Under the pieces are notes generated by a model. The model ran no database searches and was not told the DNA's origin. It saw only the letters and a program-made list of their open reading frames with translations. DNA of 64,000 bases from Fistulifera solaris (lineage: Eukaryota): positions 2,046,001 to 2,110,000 of the forward strand of contig AP026125.1 of the NCBI GenBank assembly GCA_030295235.1. The letters are read 5' to 3'. Each line of letters opens with the position of its first letter. Position 1 is the first letter of the stretch. This document shows, piece after piece, positions 12,924 through 25,526 of the stretch. The position numbers and the translations under genes were made by a program.

Positions 12924-15900
12924 ATGAGTGAAAGTCAATCAAATCTTCCGCCTGAAATTCTTCGCGCTTACAAAGAAGCCAAGGAGAGAGGGCTACCGGA
13001 TGGCTGGGTTTGCTCGGTTGATGTGAGTGAAACCCGTCCTGTTCGGTCAATCCAGGTGGCTCTAATAAAACGCCCACTCTTGCTTTTATTTTCGTCGTAG
13101 GAACAACATCGCCGCACGTGGACATCTCCGGATGGCAGAACGTGTAACTCGGTGCGAAAAGCGCTCGAGATTGCGGCTGAAAGTGTACCTTTAACTGGCG
13201 TCGAGTTGGGAAAAGAAGTTCCTACTTTGAGGACTCCCAGTATAGTCAAAAGAGGGCTAGGGAAGACGAAAGACCAGGCACATTTTTAAGAGCATCAATT
13301 CCGGTAATTACGCTTTCTTCAGGGAATGCTGGAGGAGGAAGCGACAAAGATTGCAACGCCGGAGATAAAGAGAAAGGAAAACAACGTAGGCGGCCAAAGC
13401 CGCGTAGAGGGCGGGGTCGACCTAGGAAAACACCGAGTTTGTTAGAAACATCGTACACTGAAGAAACAAAGGGAAATACTGATGAAAACGAGTGGGAAAG
13501 AGACGAGGAGCCTCTGACGTCGCCTCCACCGCCCCTGGACCCCGAATATTCGTTGGATGGGAAAGATCATCCTACAGCACCCACCACGGTACATTGGGAT
13601 CCCCAGAGTGCAGACGGAAAGAAAATTGGGTGGAAAATCCGAGTAGCTCTCGATAGTACAACATGGGCCGAAGGCCGCATTGTTCGGTACGATCCCTACA
13701 CACACAAGCACAAAATTCGTTTGCAGCACAACGGAGAAGAACACTATGTTTGGATTTGGATCCGAAACAAACAGCATAACGTAAATCTCGCAACGCGTAT
13801 AGTATGGGCACACATGAAGGGTTATGCATGGTGGCCGGTCATAGTCATGGAGACAAATACTTATGATCCATTGACAATGCATGTTCAGGTAGAATATTTC
13901 GGATCTACGAGAAGAGCCAAAATACGAGACGTCGATCAATATATTCGGCCTTTTCATCCCAATGAGTGTGACCCAATCGAAGCGGGAATTGATATTATTC
14001 GTAACGCCTACGAAATAGCTTGTGTGGAATTCAAAACCATTCAGAAAACACAAAATGAAGCAGCGCTTTTCTACGCGGAAAAATCATTGCATCTTTGTGA
14101 TCAGAAAGCTCCGATGCGGATTGTCGGTAGGCGCGTCCAGGTGTTTCGAGATGATGTCAACTACCCATATGGTGATACTGTGGTCGGAACAGTCCGCAAG
14201 TACAGTGGCATTCAGAAAAAGTTCCTGGTCTCCTTTGAGGTATCGGAAAAGACCAATAGTAAATATGATGCAATGTGGATGACGCTCTCTACTCGCAATG
14301 CAAAGTTACAGGGTAAGCGCACTGCCCACGCTGAGGTTACACCGAAGGCCTTGGTCCCTTTCTTGGTCGGGTATCAAGCCGATGAATCAGATGAATACTA
14401 TAAACTTCTAAACGGCCACTGTCGTGCCTGCGTCGAGACATGGAAGTCGACAGACTCGCTTCGAGTAGTTTGTGATCAGTGCCATTCATCATTTCATTTG
14501 GGGTGCTTTGATCCGCCACTACAACAAGAGCAATATCAAAAGCTAGTCAAGGACGGCGCTCCCTTGTTGTGTCCGCAATGTACAGTATGTCGCGGCTGCT
14601 ACCAAAAGGACTCAACCTTTGGCAGTCATCAGCTTTCGCCAATACCCAATAACCTGAATTTTCCTGCTTATGAGACATTAAATGTCTGCTTGCCGTGTCG
14701 CGAAGCGTACGAAGAAGATCGATATTGTCCAAATTGCGCGCACACATTTGATGATGATCGATACAATGAAGTTCGGCAACAACATAATTGGTACAGCAGC
14801 CAAGACGGCTGCAAGCAAAGAACGGGACTGGTGGAAGACACGGAATTCCCTCTCGCCACCGGAAGGTTCTCCGATGATTGCACGATACCGCAAGGGCTAG
14901 AGGTACATCCGTCTAGATACTATCCAGAAAACACTGAGTTTGGTATGGCAGAAGCCGAAATGTTAGGGTGCGATTCTTGTGGAGGATGGGTACATGCGGG
15001 CTGCGCAAACTTGACCAGAGAAGAATATGAACAAATACTGAACGGAAATCACAAGCCTTCGGCGACTGGGCAAGAGTTTCTTTGCCGCGTTTGTTGTCGC
15101 AAGCGTTGTTTGAAAATTATCAAGGAGCTAAAATTGCAAGATCGCACAATGCTATTTTCTCAACCAATATCCCGAGTACAAGCGCCTATTTATCACGATC
15201 TGATTGAAGGCCCGGTTAATTTCAAAGTTTTTACTGATCGGGCACAGAACAATGACTATTTTTCCTACGCATGGACACGCGAGCTCTTCGAGCTAATGGT
15301 GTTCAATGCATTGTCTTCTTGTGGTAATGTAAGTCCTTTTTCCTTTGAACAAATGTAACCGCTATGTTGCGTTTCCTTACATGTGCACGAAGGACAAAGC
15401 TACTTGGAACGAAGCGAAGCATTTTACCTCTCTGGCTTAAAGAATGTATTTCAAAAGATTGGCAAGGTGCTCCACCCGGCGTTTATGACAAAGATATTCA
15501 GATTTTGCTTAAAAACGGCCAGAAACTACAGTGTCGCTCAGAGGTACATCGTGCTCGTGATGTCATAAGAGCGAAGAACGACGATCGGGCTTCTGCAGAA
15601 ATAGTACCTGCAGCTGGTGTTTCCCCTCTCAACGCAGCAGCAGTATTGAATGCCGACAGTGGTAGCTCCGATCCGATTCACGCGTCGCAGACATCTACTC
15701 CATACCACAGGAATATGGGGGGAGGGAACAGCAAGAACGGAAGGTCTGTTTCAACAGCGACAGGTCCTCCAGCGCAACCTAAAGCGGCTTACAACCAAAC
15801 TGCAGTCGGACGAATGGTGCTGTACCGCGAAAACGCCGACGAAATCTTTTGGGTTCGATGCAGGGTTGAGAAGCGTGAACAATTGCGTGTGGATGAGATT

Positions 15901-16029
15901 GGAGAAGACGGGAACATCTCGACTTGCGAAACAGTAATACATGTGATCAAATGCTGCGAAGATAGCAAGATATCTTACCGGGTGGACCTGGAGCAATCAG
16001 AACAGTTGAAGAAATTGATTTGGATATAG
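12924..16029 (+). CDS. Array member 2: SET-less paralog of the 25527 gene (MBD-like, AT-hook, Tudor-like, PWWP, PHDs, degenerate bromo, novel C-terminal domain)
   Basis: Exon 1 MSESQSNLPPEILRAYKEAKERGLPDGWVCSID, intron 13023-13100, RGRGRPRK, KGYAWWP, CDQC..HLGC and CDSC..VHAGC PHDs, C-terminal YNQTAVGRMV..LIWI*. Confidence 0.85.
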
Positions 16030-16536
16030 CTACCAGAGTACGTGTGTCCACGCTTTATTTTTCTAATAGACTGATGTTTGTTATTTTTCGTTTCCTGTTT
16101 TGGTTTGTTGCATTTGGTTTCGTACGAGCATTATTTTTAGCCATCCACTACTTAGAAGATCCTAATTTGGACATAAATCGCTTCGTTTTGTACTTGGCTG
16201 CAAAGTCAATAGTCAATAGATCCATCTCTTATTTGAAAGCAGACAAATTATTTCTGTGGTTTTCGATTGCCATCTTGTTCCTCCTAGTTTACTACTGTAC
16301 CAAGTACCAGGTAGGTTGCGTGCAACGACTTTAGTCTTCCTAGTTGAGTGCCGTTGTGTCACCGGTGCTGGTCTGATTTTTAGAGTACTGCGGTACCTTG
16401 TAATAAAACTCATTCTATTCATTCATTCGTCTTTTTTTTGTCCTCTTTCATTCATTTCAAAGTTTTGTTGCATAAACGCAGGTTTCATAGACTAAACTGC
16501 ACCAATACCAGCCAACACCGATTCGTTATTAGAATT

Positions 16537-18085
16537 ATGACTGAGCAGTCGGACTTGTGCCCGGAGCTCAAGCGAGCTTATCGCGAAGCGAAGGCTCAAG
16601 GCCTGCCCGAGGGTTGGACCTGCCGCATACTAGAACACAAGGTAAGATCGATTGGCCCACGCGAGACAACAATAACTTATTGACTTTGCACTTCATTTTT
16701 TTAGAGTGGCAAAAGCGCCGCAGATGGGAAGCACCCACTACAGACAGCCGTAGATTACGTCGAATATGTCGATCAATTCCAGATGCGCTCGAGGTTTCTG
16801 TTAAGTTAGGTTTGCTTCCTCCTGATACGAAAATTATGCGGAAGAAATTAAAACGAACCGAGGAGCGGACAGGAAGAGATCTTCTTCAACAGGTTGCTCC
16901 GTCAACCGAAGCGTTTCCCACGCAAGCAGCAGAAGGGAAAGGCGATGACGGAAGAAAGGAGGTTTCGGTGGAAACGCGGCCCGTTCAAACAGCAAAAGTG
17001 CAAGATAAAGACAGGCTGATGGAAACGACCGCGGCGCGGACATCGAGAGAGCCCGGTAAAAACGAAGGAGAAGAGGGCGAACCTCAGACTAAAATTTCAT
17101 TGACGGCAGCTGTTTCATCGAAGCCTTCTGAGACGAAGCCAGCGATCCAAGAGAATTCAAAGCATACATCACCTCAAGCGCAATTGGTAGGCACGCACCC
17201 TACGCTGGCCGAAGAGCATCGTTATGACAGAAGACAGGATACTTTGCTGGAAACGACCGCCGCGCAAAAAGCAAAAGATCGAGTTGAAAATGAACGAAAA
17301 GAGGAAAACCCCCGAATCAACATTCATTGACGGCAGCTGTCCCATTGAAGCCTTCTGAGACGAAGCCAACGAGCCAAAAAAAATACAAAGCATACACCGC
17401 CTGAGTCACAGGTAATAGACGCGTCGCCAGCGCTAACAGCGGAAGAGCGAGGGGGAGGCGGAAACAAGGATGCCGTGATGGGAACGACTCCTTCGCAAAC
17501 AGCCAAGGGACGAGGTGACGACGTACGACAAGGGAATGCAAAACATACACCACCTAAGTCACGACTGATGGACACACACCTGACGCTGGCGAGAAGAGAG
17601 CAAGGTGAAAATGGAAGAAAGGGTTTTCTGATGCAATCGACCCCCGCACAAACAGTGAAAGAGCCAGGTGAAGACGAACAAAAGAGGACGACTCTCCGAA
17701 TAATTCAGGGATTACAACTCTTCCATTAATGTATTATGACTTGAAGACAGCAAGCAAAGAGGATACAAAGCATGCCTCCGCTCAATCACCGACGAAAGCG
17801 GATTTCTTGGCTCTTTCACACTTGTTGACGACTCCCAAACCACCGTACGGTCATAATGTGGTGGGACGAATGGTTTGGCTTCGACCGAAACGCAACAAGG
17901 AGTTCTGGGTTCGAGGGCGGATTGAAAAGTGTGAACTATTAAGTGTTTGCGAGGTTAAAGAAGATGGGGAAATTTCTCATAGTGAGACGACGCTTCATTT
18001 TATCCGATGCATGGACAATGATACGACGTACTTCAAAGTGAAAATACAACAGATAGAAAGCCCGGATAATTTGATTTGGATGTAG
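16537..18085 (+). CDS. Array member 3: MBD-like N-terminus, degenerate ~76-aa repeats, shared C-terminal domain
   Basis: MTEQSDLCPELKRAYREAKAQGLPEGWTC, intron, then KRRRWEAP..CRSIPDALEVSVKLGLLPPDT. Ends YGHNVVGRMVWLRPKRNKEFWVRGRIEKCE..NLIWM*. Internal frameshifts. Confidence 0.75.
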
Positions 18086-18656
18086 CCGGTATAGGGTAGG
18101 TAAAGACTATAAATTTAGAGGGTAGGGTCGGAGGTCGGAGTGTCAGTGGCCTTATGGAACTAGATTCCCCTACGGGAGTCTAAGGTTACGTGATTTCCAG
18201 GTAAACATGCGCGACATTTGCATCTGTTTTCTTATTCATGTTTAATGCTCCCATTAAAGTCCCTTTTTCAAATTTAGTCTCTATGCAGGCATGTGGAACG
18301 CCTTGAAATGATATAAATTGCTGTCGGACCCGAATTTCAGCGAGATCGAGGATGATTAGGTCCGCTTCGATAAAATTCCTACGAGGCCTACGTGAATTTC
18401 CCACAGACAATCGAAGCGTTCGATTCAAAGCGACTGTAATCATCCTGTATGTGAATGAGCAAGGTTAGGTCAAGGTATTACGGAGTATTACATTTAAGTC
18501 AAACCTACCTGGTACTCGTAAAGTGCACGATGGCGGATTGGACAATATCCGGGTACCCCTCTGTCGATAAATTTCCCTATCTGCGTTTTCTGTTGTGTTC
18601 TTACTTTACGGTTTCATTATATTGACAAGCTTTTTATATCAAATTCATCAAGCACA

Positions 18657-21600
18657 ATGAGTGAAAGTCAATCAAATCTTCCGCCTGAAATTCTTCGCGC
18701 TTACAAGGAAGCCAAGGAGAGAGGGCTACCGGATGGCTGGGTTTGCTCGATTGATGTAAGTGAATCTCGTCCTGTTCGATCAGACCAGGTTGCTCTAGGT
18801 GTAATAAAACGCTCACTCTTTGTTTTTTGTCGTCGTAGGAACACCATCGCCGCACGTGGACATCTCCGGATGGCAGAACGTGTAATTCGGTTCGAAAAGC
18901 ACTCGAAATTGCGGCTGAAGTTGCTGCAGTCACTTCCGGAACGCATACTGAGTTAGGAAAACGAGATTGGGGGTGCGATAATCTATTTAGTCGGAAAATG
19001 GCGAAGATGGAGGGAAGGCACGCATCACTCTTTGAAATCACGCCCTCTCCAGAGATGGATGAAGAGAGTAGTGATGACGAAGACGACGGCAGAAGTAAAG
19101 TTTCACATGGGACATGTAGCGAAGAAAAAGAAGAGGAAGACGACGAACCTCTGAAGCCTCCGCCTACTCCATTAGACCCGGAATATTCGCTGGATGGGAA
19201 AGATCATCCTACCGCACCGACCACGGTGCATTGGGATCCTCAAAGTGTCGATGGCAAAAAGATTGGCTGGAAAATTATTGTCGCTCTTGACAACGATGAG
19301 TGGGCTGAAGGTCGCATCGTTCGTTATGATCCTTACTCGCATAAACACAAAGTTCGATTGCAGCACAACGGACGAGAAAACAATGTATGGCTGTGGATAA
19401 GAAATTTTCAACACAACGTGCACCTGGCAACGCGTCTGGTGTGGGCGCGAGTCAGGGGATATGCATGGTGGCCGGCCACGGTCCTGGAAGCAATTAGTTA
19501 TGATCCGTCGTCAAAGCAAGTACAGGTAGAATTTTTTGGAGCCGGCGAACGAAACAAAGTGATAGATTCAGATAAGTTTATTCGGCCTTTTGTCCCTCAT
19601 CAAGACGAATTGATTGTAACGAAAGGCGACAAAATTCGTGAAGCAAATGAGTTGGCTTGTAGTGAATTCAAGAAGATTCGGGAGATACGAAACGAAGCCG
19701 CGCTTTTTACGCGAGAAAATCGTTGCACCTTTGTAATCAAAAAGCGCCGATGCAGATCGTCGGTAGGCGCGTCCAGGTATTTCGAGATGGAGGCGACATT
19801 GTTGTCGGTAAAGTGCGCAAATACAGTGGATTCCAGAAAAAGTATTTGGTGTCTTTTGCTATGATGGAAGACCACAGCAATCAACACGATGCGGAGTGGA
19901 TGCTATTAAGTTCAGGTAATACAAAAGTGCTGGAACCGAGCAATCCGCAAGCTGAAATACCAATGGAGGCCATAGTTCCCTTTCTTGTCGGTTATCAAGC
20001 TGATGAAGCAGATGATTACTACAAACTGATAAATGAACACTGTCATGGCTGCGTCGAGACATGGGGGGAAACGGATACGCTTCGGCTAGTGTGTGATCAG
20101 TGCGATGCGTCCTATCACCTGGGATGCTTTGATCCGCCCCTACAACAGGAGCAATATCAAAAGCTTATCAAGGAGAAGGTCCCCTTATTGTGTCCGCAGT
20201 GCACAATGTGTCGTGGTTGTTACCAGAAAGACTCGACCTTTGGGAGTCACCAGCTTTCGCCAATGCCTAAGAACCTGAGCTTTCCCACGAATGAGACGCT
20301 GAATGTATGCTTGCCGTGCCGTGAAGCGTATGAAGTGAAACGATATTGTCCAAATTGCGCACACACGTGGGATGATGTGCGCTTTAACGAGGTGCGACAT
20401 CAGCACGATTGGTATGGGAGCAGGGAAGGTCGTAAGCGAAAGACGGAATTAGTGGAGGATACGGAATTTCCTCTCGTCATAGGGGCGTTTTCGGGTGACG
20501 ACAAAATACCCCACGGTCTCAAAGTCCATCCATCTTTGCACTACCCGGAGACAACTGAGTTTGGCATGACTGAAGTTGAAATGTTAGTGTGTGATGCGTG
20601 CGGTTCTTGGGTTCATGCTGGTTGTGCAAATGTTAGCGAAGAAGAATACGAAAAAGTCTCGGACGGGAAACACCCGTTATTTGGAAAAGAATTTCTATGC
20701 CGCGTTTGCTGTCGAAAGCGTTGTCAAGCTATCATTGAGGCTCTGAAAGAAGAAGATCGAATGATGATGTTTGCCCGACCAGTACCTGAAAGGGATGCTT
20801 CGAGTAACTGTAACTCCATCAATGGTCTGATGGACTTAAACATCATGAATCATGACAGAACACGCGGAGAACGGCCATTATTTGTCTTACGCGTGGACAC
20901 GAGAAATGTTTGAACTGATGGTTTTCCACTCGTTGTCGTTGTCCTACGTTCGGCGTGTAAGTGAACTTTGCTTCTGAAACTCGGAAATGGTCTGCGTATT
21001 GCTTCACTCACACGACCACAAAGGATACTGTCGCCTGGAATGAAGCGAAACATTTTTATCGGCGTGGCATAACTCATGTTTTTCGAACACTTGGAAAAGC
21101 CGCTCCGTCTAGTTCCTATAGAAAAGATATAAGAAATTTGCTCAAGATTGGTGAACGAGCCCGACTTGAAGAAGATGGCAGCGCCCGCGTTAGTGAAAGA
21201 GCTGAAGTTGATGATGTGGTCAACGATACCGGAGACATGGCACATGGGGTTGCGTTGGTTCCACTCAATACAAGAAAGGAGAATTCCAACAATTGCGAAG
21301 GAGGGGGTGACCTTTCAGATGATGCTTTGGATGTAGCTGCGTCGTCGACCCCAATCGAAAAGCAAGCGGCCGAGAACTGCTTTGTTGGGCAGGAGACCTC
21401 AGCAACTACAGCCACACAGGTGTTGTCTCCCCCAGCGACATACAAAGAAAATGTTGTGACCAGGGTAGTGATGTTTCGTGAAAAACGTAAAGATGAAAGC
21501 TGGATTCGGGGCAGAATTCAAGAATGTGAACAGGTGCAGATAAAAAAGCACAGCGAAGACGGAATCACGACAACCTGCGAAACAGTATATTATCATTTGA

Positions 21601-21695
21601 TTAATTGCTTTGACAAAGAACAAACTGTTTGCAGAGTGAATCTGCAGCGCTTGGAACAAACGGGGAGACTAATTTGGACGGAGGAAGTCAAATGA
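18657..21695 (+). CDS. Array member 4: SET-less paralog (MBD-like, Tudor-like, PWWP, PHDs, degenerate bromo, novel C-terminal domain)
   Basis: Exon 1 is nearly identical to member 2. RGYAWWP and PHD fingers present. Ends YKENVVTRVV..WIRGRIQECEQ..LIWTEEVK*. Confidence 0.85.
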
Positions 21696-22045
21696 CGTGT
21701 GTGATTTCTGTGTTGCCGCTTGCCTTATTCGTTTGTTATTACGAGTAGCAAAGTTTAATTTACATGCTTCGTTGAATCAGTCAAGCGAATGCACATTATT
21801 TGCATCTACTTAGAAAAATGATGGTTCGCCACAGTTAAACACATAGTTGAGTACCGCTGTGATGATCCTTTCCGGCCTGTTTAACGCATAACCTTATACG
21901 GAGTAACGATGCGGATGATTTTGTTGGTTGAAAACAAAAAAAAACGCAACAAAAAAAATGCATTTGTTGAGTGTCAATAGGAAGTCTTTTTCATTGTATT
22001 TACTTGAGACAGCGAGGATACAAATGCTTTTATTTGAAATCTTGA

Positions 22046-25000
22046 ATGATGAACGGAAATCAGTCGAACATTCCTCTTGACATCATTAACGCGTATTGTA
22101 ACGAAAAAGTTGGAGGCAGTGCGGATAGCTCGACGTCTTCTATTGCTGTAAGTGCTCGCTCCGTAATAGGAGTCTTCCGGTTTCCCATTACCTGGTACTC
22201 TCAATTATTTCTTGTTTAATAGCTAGATTACTCACTCTATCATATTTGCAGACGCAGGGTCCCCTGTCCTCAGGCAACGATCGCTCATATAATGCAGTCT
22301 CGAAAACAGATCGAATCTCGGTTGACAAATCTTTGCTCCCGCCCAAGAAGCGGAAGCTCACTTCCGCCTTTTCCCCGGTTCAATCACCAGAGAAAAGAAA
22401 GACAGGGCGACCGCCGAAAAGAGGGCCGGGTCGGCCGCGAAAGACACCATTATTAGAAGCACCCGACGTTGAGCCATGCGAGGAGGAAAGTGACGAGAAT
22501 GAATGGGAATGTGATGACGATGAACCGCCGCCTCCTCCTCTGTTAGATCCGGAACACTCACTGGATGGGAGTGATCATCCGACAGCACCCACCACAGTGC
22601 ACTGGGACCCTCAAAGTGTCGATGGAAAGAAGATCGGTTGGAAGATACACGTCGCATTAGACAACAATAAATGGGTGGACGGACGCATCGTTCGCTACGA
22701 TCCTCACTCGCACAAACACAAAATTCGACTGCAGCACGACGGACGAGAGCACAATGTATGGATTTGGATCCGCAACGATCAACACAGCGTCCACTTGGTC
22801 ACACGGATGGTGTGGGCGCTGGTCAAGGGGTATGCCTGGTGGCCGGCTATGGTTAGGGAGACAAACAGCTACGATCCAGTGCAGCCATTGCAGGTGGAAT
22901 TTTTCGGGACGGGAGAGACGAGTGCACTGAGAGATTCTCCCGACTCGATCCGACCCTTTTCGCCGCATCAGTTGGATCCCCTGGTCGCGAAACACGATAA
23001 GAAACGGGACGACAGGGCGTACGAATTAGCGTGCGAAGAATATGATAACGTTCGGAAGACGAGAAATGAGGCCGCGCTGTTTTACGCGAAAACGTCGTTG
23101 CATCTTTGTGATAAGAAAGCTCCCATGCAGATCATCGGGAAACGTGTTCAGATTTTTCTTCCGGGTGGTGACATTGCAGTCGGGCAAGTGCGCAAATACA
23201 GCGGCTTACAAAAGAAATATCTTGTTGCTTTTGAAATGTCAGGAGATCCCGACAATCAATGTGAAGCGTCTTGGTTGACACTGAATACTCGTAATGCACG
23301 AGTGCTCGGAACTCACTCTCCCTACGCTGAAGTTGCACCGGAGGCTTTGGTTCCCTTTTGGTCGGTTACCAAGCCGTCGAATCGGATAGCTATTTCAAGC
23401 TACTCAACAACCACTGCCGTGGCTGCGTTGGGACATGGAAGAAAACAGATATGCTCCGGATAATATGTGACCATTGCGACGCTCCGTATCATTTGGGTTG
23501 CTTTGATCCACCATTGCAACAAGAGCAGTATCAACAATTGATCAAAGACGGTGTTCCTTTGTTGTGTCCGCAGTGCACTATGTGTCGTGGTTGTTACCAA
23601 AAGGACTCGACCTTCGGAAGCCACCCACTTTCACCACTGCCGGAGAATCTGAGCTTCCCTGCGAACGAGACGCTGAACGTTTGCCTGCCGTGTCGTGAAG
23701 CGTATGAAGACGAACGATACTGTCCTAATTGCGCACACACTTTCAATGACGATCGATATAATGAAGTGTTAGAGAGGCATGAATGGTATAGCAGTCGAAG
23801 GGGGCGTAAAGTAAAGACAGAACTTGTTGAAGATACGGAGTTTCCTCTCGTCATGGGAACGTTTTCAGGTGATGATAAAATTCCGCACGGGCTCAAAGTG
23901 CACCCATCTCTGTACTACCCCGAGACCTGTGAGTTCGGAATGGCAGAATCTGATATGCTAGGATGCGATTCTTGTGGAGCATGGGTTCATGCAAGCTGTG
24001 CAGGTGTCACCGAAGAAGAATTCGAACAAATATCAGAGGGGGGAGATCATATGTTTGCAAAGAGTTTCTTTGCCGAATTTGTTGTCGCGAGCGTTGCCTT
24101 GATATTATCGAAGCACTTAAAGAAGAAGACCGAACGGAGCTCTTTTCGCGACCCGTAATTGAAAGTGATGCACCCGATCACAACCCTAATTACGGACCAA
24201 TCGACTTGAACATAATGACAGAACGAGCAGAAAAAGACGAATATTTATCGTATGTGTGGACACGGGAAATGTTCGAGCTGATGGTGATGAACGCATTGAC
24301 TTCTACTCAACTCGTAAGTGCGACGAGAATATCTTGCCTGGCCTTACAGTGTACGGTGCTAATCTGCTCGCTCTCAATTGTAGGATACAGCCGCTTGGAA
24401 CGAAGCAAAGCAATTTTATCAATCTTGTCTCCGAAATGTTTTCCGTAAACTTGCAAAAGCTGCTCCGCCCGGACCCCATGAGAAAGATGTTCAAAAATTA
24501 CTGCACGATGATAAAGAAACGAAAGGTGAAGGAATACGGAAAGAAGACTTGATCGTTGATGAAGTAGTGCCAGTGGTTGCAATTGACGCTCCTTCTTTCC
24601 CTTCGGTTTCTTCCAAAGACCGGAAGACCACGAGGTCGACCTAGGAAGACGCCTCTTGTGACAGAAACTTTTCCTGCGCAAATCGCAGCGGGGGATAGCG
24701 AGGAGGAAGCTGATAGTACTCCATGTCATTCGCCGAAAGCGGTAGTGTCATCCAACCCACGCAAGACGAATTCCACGGGAAAGAATAGCAACGATCGGAA
24801 ACATGTGAATCCTATTCCACCTCAGCCACAGTTGATAGAAACCACCCGAGCGGTAACTGGTTCAGTCTTGCTAGAGCAACCGACACCGCCGTACAATCAA
24901 AATGTGGTTGGACGAATGATATGGTTCCGTCGCAAACGAGACAAACTTTCCTGGTTTCGTGGGAAAATTGAGAAATGCGAGGAAACGAAATCGCATGAGG

Positions 25001-25131
25001 CCGGAGAAGATGGAAGCATGTCAACGAAAGAGGTTGTGATTCACGTCGTCAAATGCGTGGATGCGGAAGAAACTTTCCACCGACTGAGATTGCAGCAAAA
25101 AGAAGAGTCGGGGAACTTGCTTTGGATGTAA
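22046..25131 (+). CDS. Array member 5: SET-less paralog (degenerate MBD-like exon, AT-hooks, Tudor-like, PWWP, PHDs, degenerate bromo, novel C-terminal domain)
   Basis: Exon 1 22046-22147 MMNGNQSNIPLDIINAY.., intron 22148-22251, GRPPKRGPGRPRK, KGYAWWP, PHDs, GRPRGRPRK, YNQNVVGRMIW..NLLWM*. Confidence 0.85.
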
Positions 25132-25526
25132 TCGAACTAAATAATTAGACTCATTACGTCCATTTCTTGGGGATCGGCATGTCGTCCCGATATCATCAGG
25201 AAGTCCCTTCGTTACTACTGCTCCATAGGATCTACAATTGTATGGATTAGACTAGATTGTGCTGTTATGGCCTCGAAAACGTTGATTGCTATTGGCCTAA
25301 AGCTAAAGGACTAGAGATCATGGGAATTGAGAGTCACTAGTCAAAGTCATCGAGTGAGTCACGCATTGACTGTCACTTCAAGAGTGCGATCGAGTTCTCC
25401 GCCGCGCCGCCGCGACGACAACGATGCGATGCGATGCGGCAGCGAAATAAAAAGGCGGCCCATTTGATCGCATCTATCTTTCATTCATCCTATTTATAAC
25501 CTTTCTAACTGACTCGAAAGTAAACA

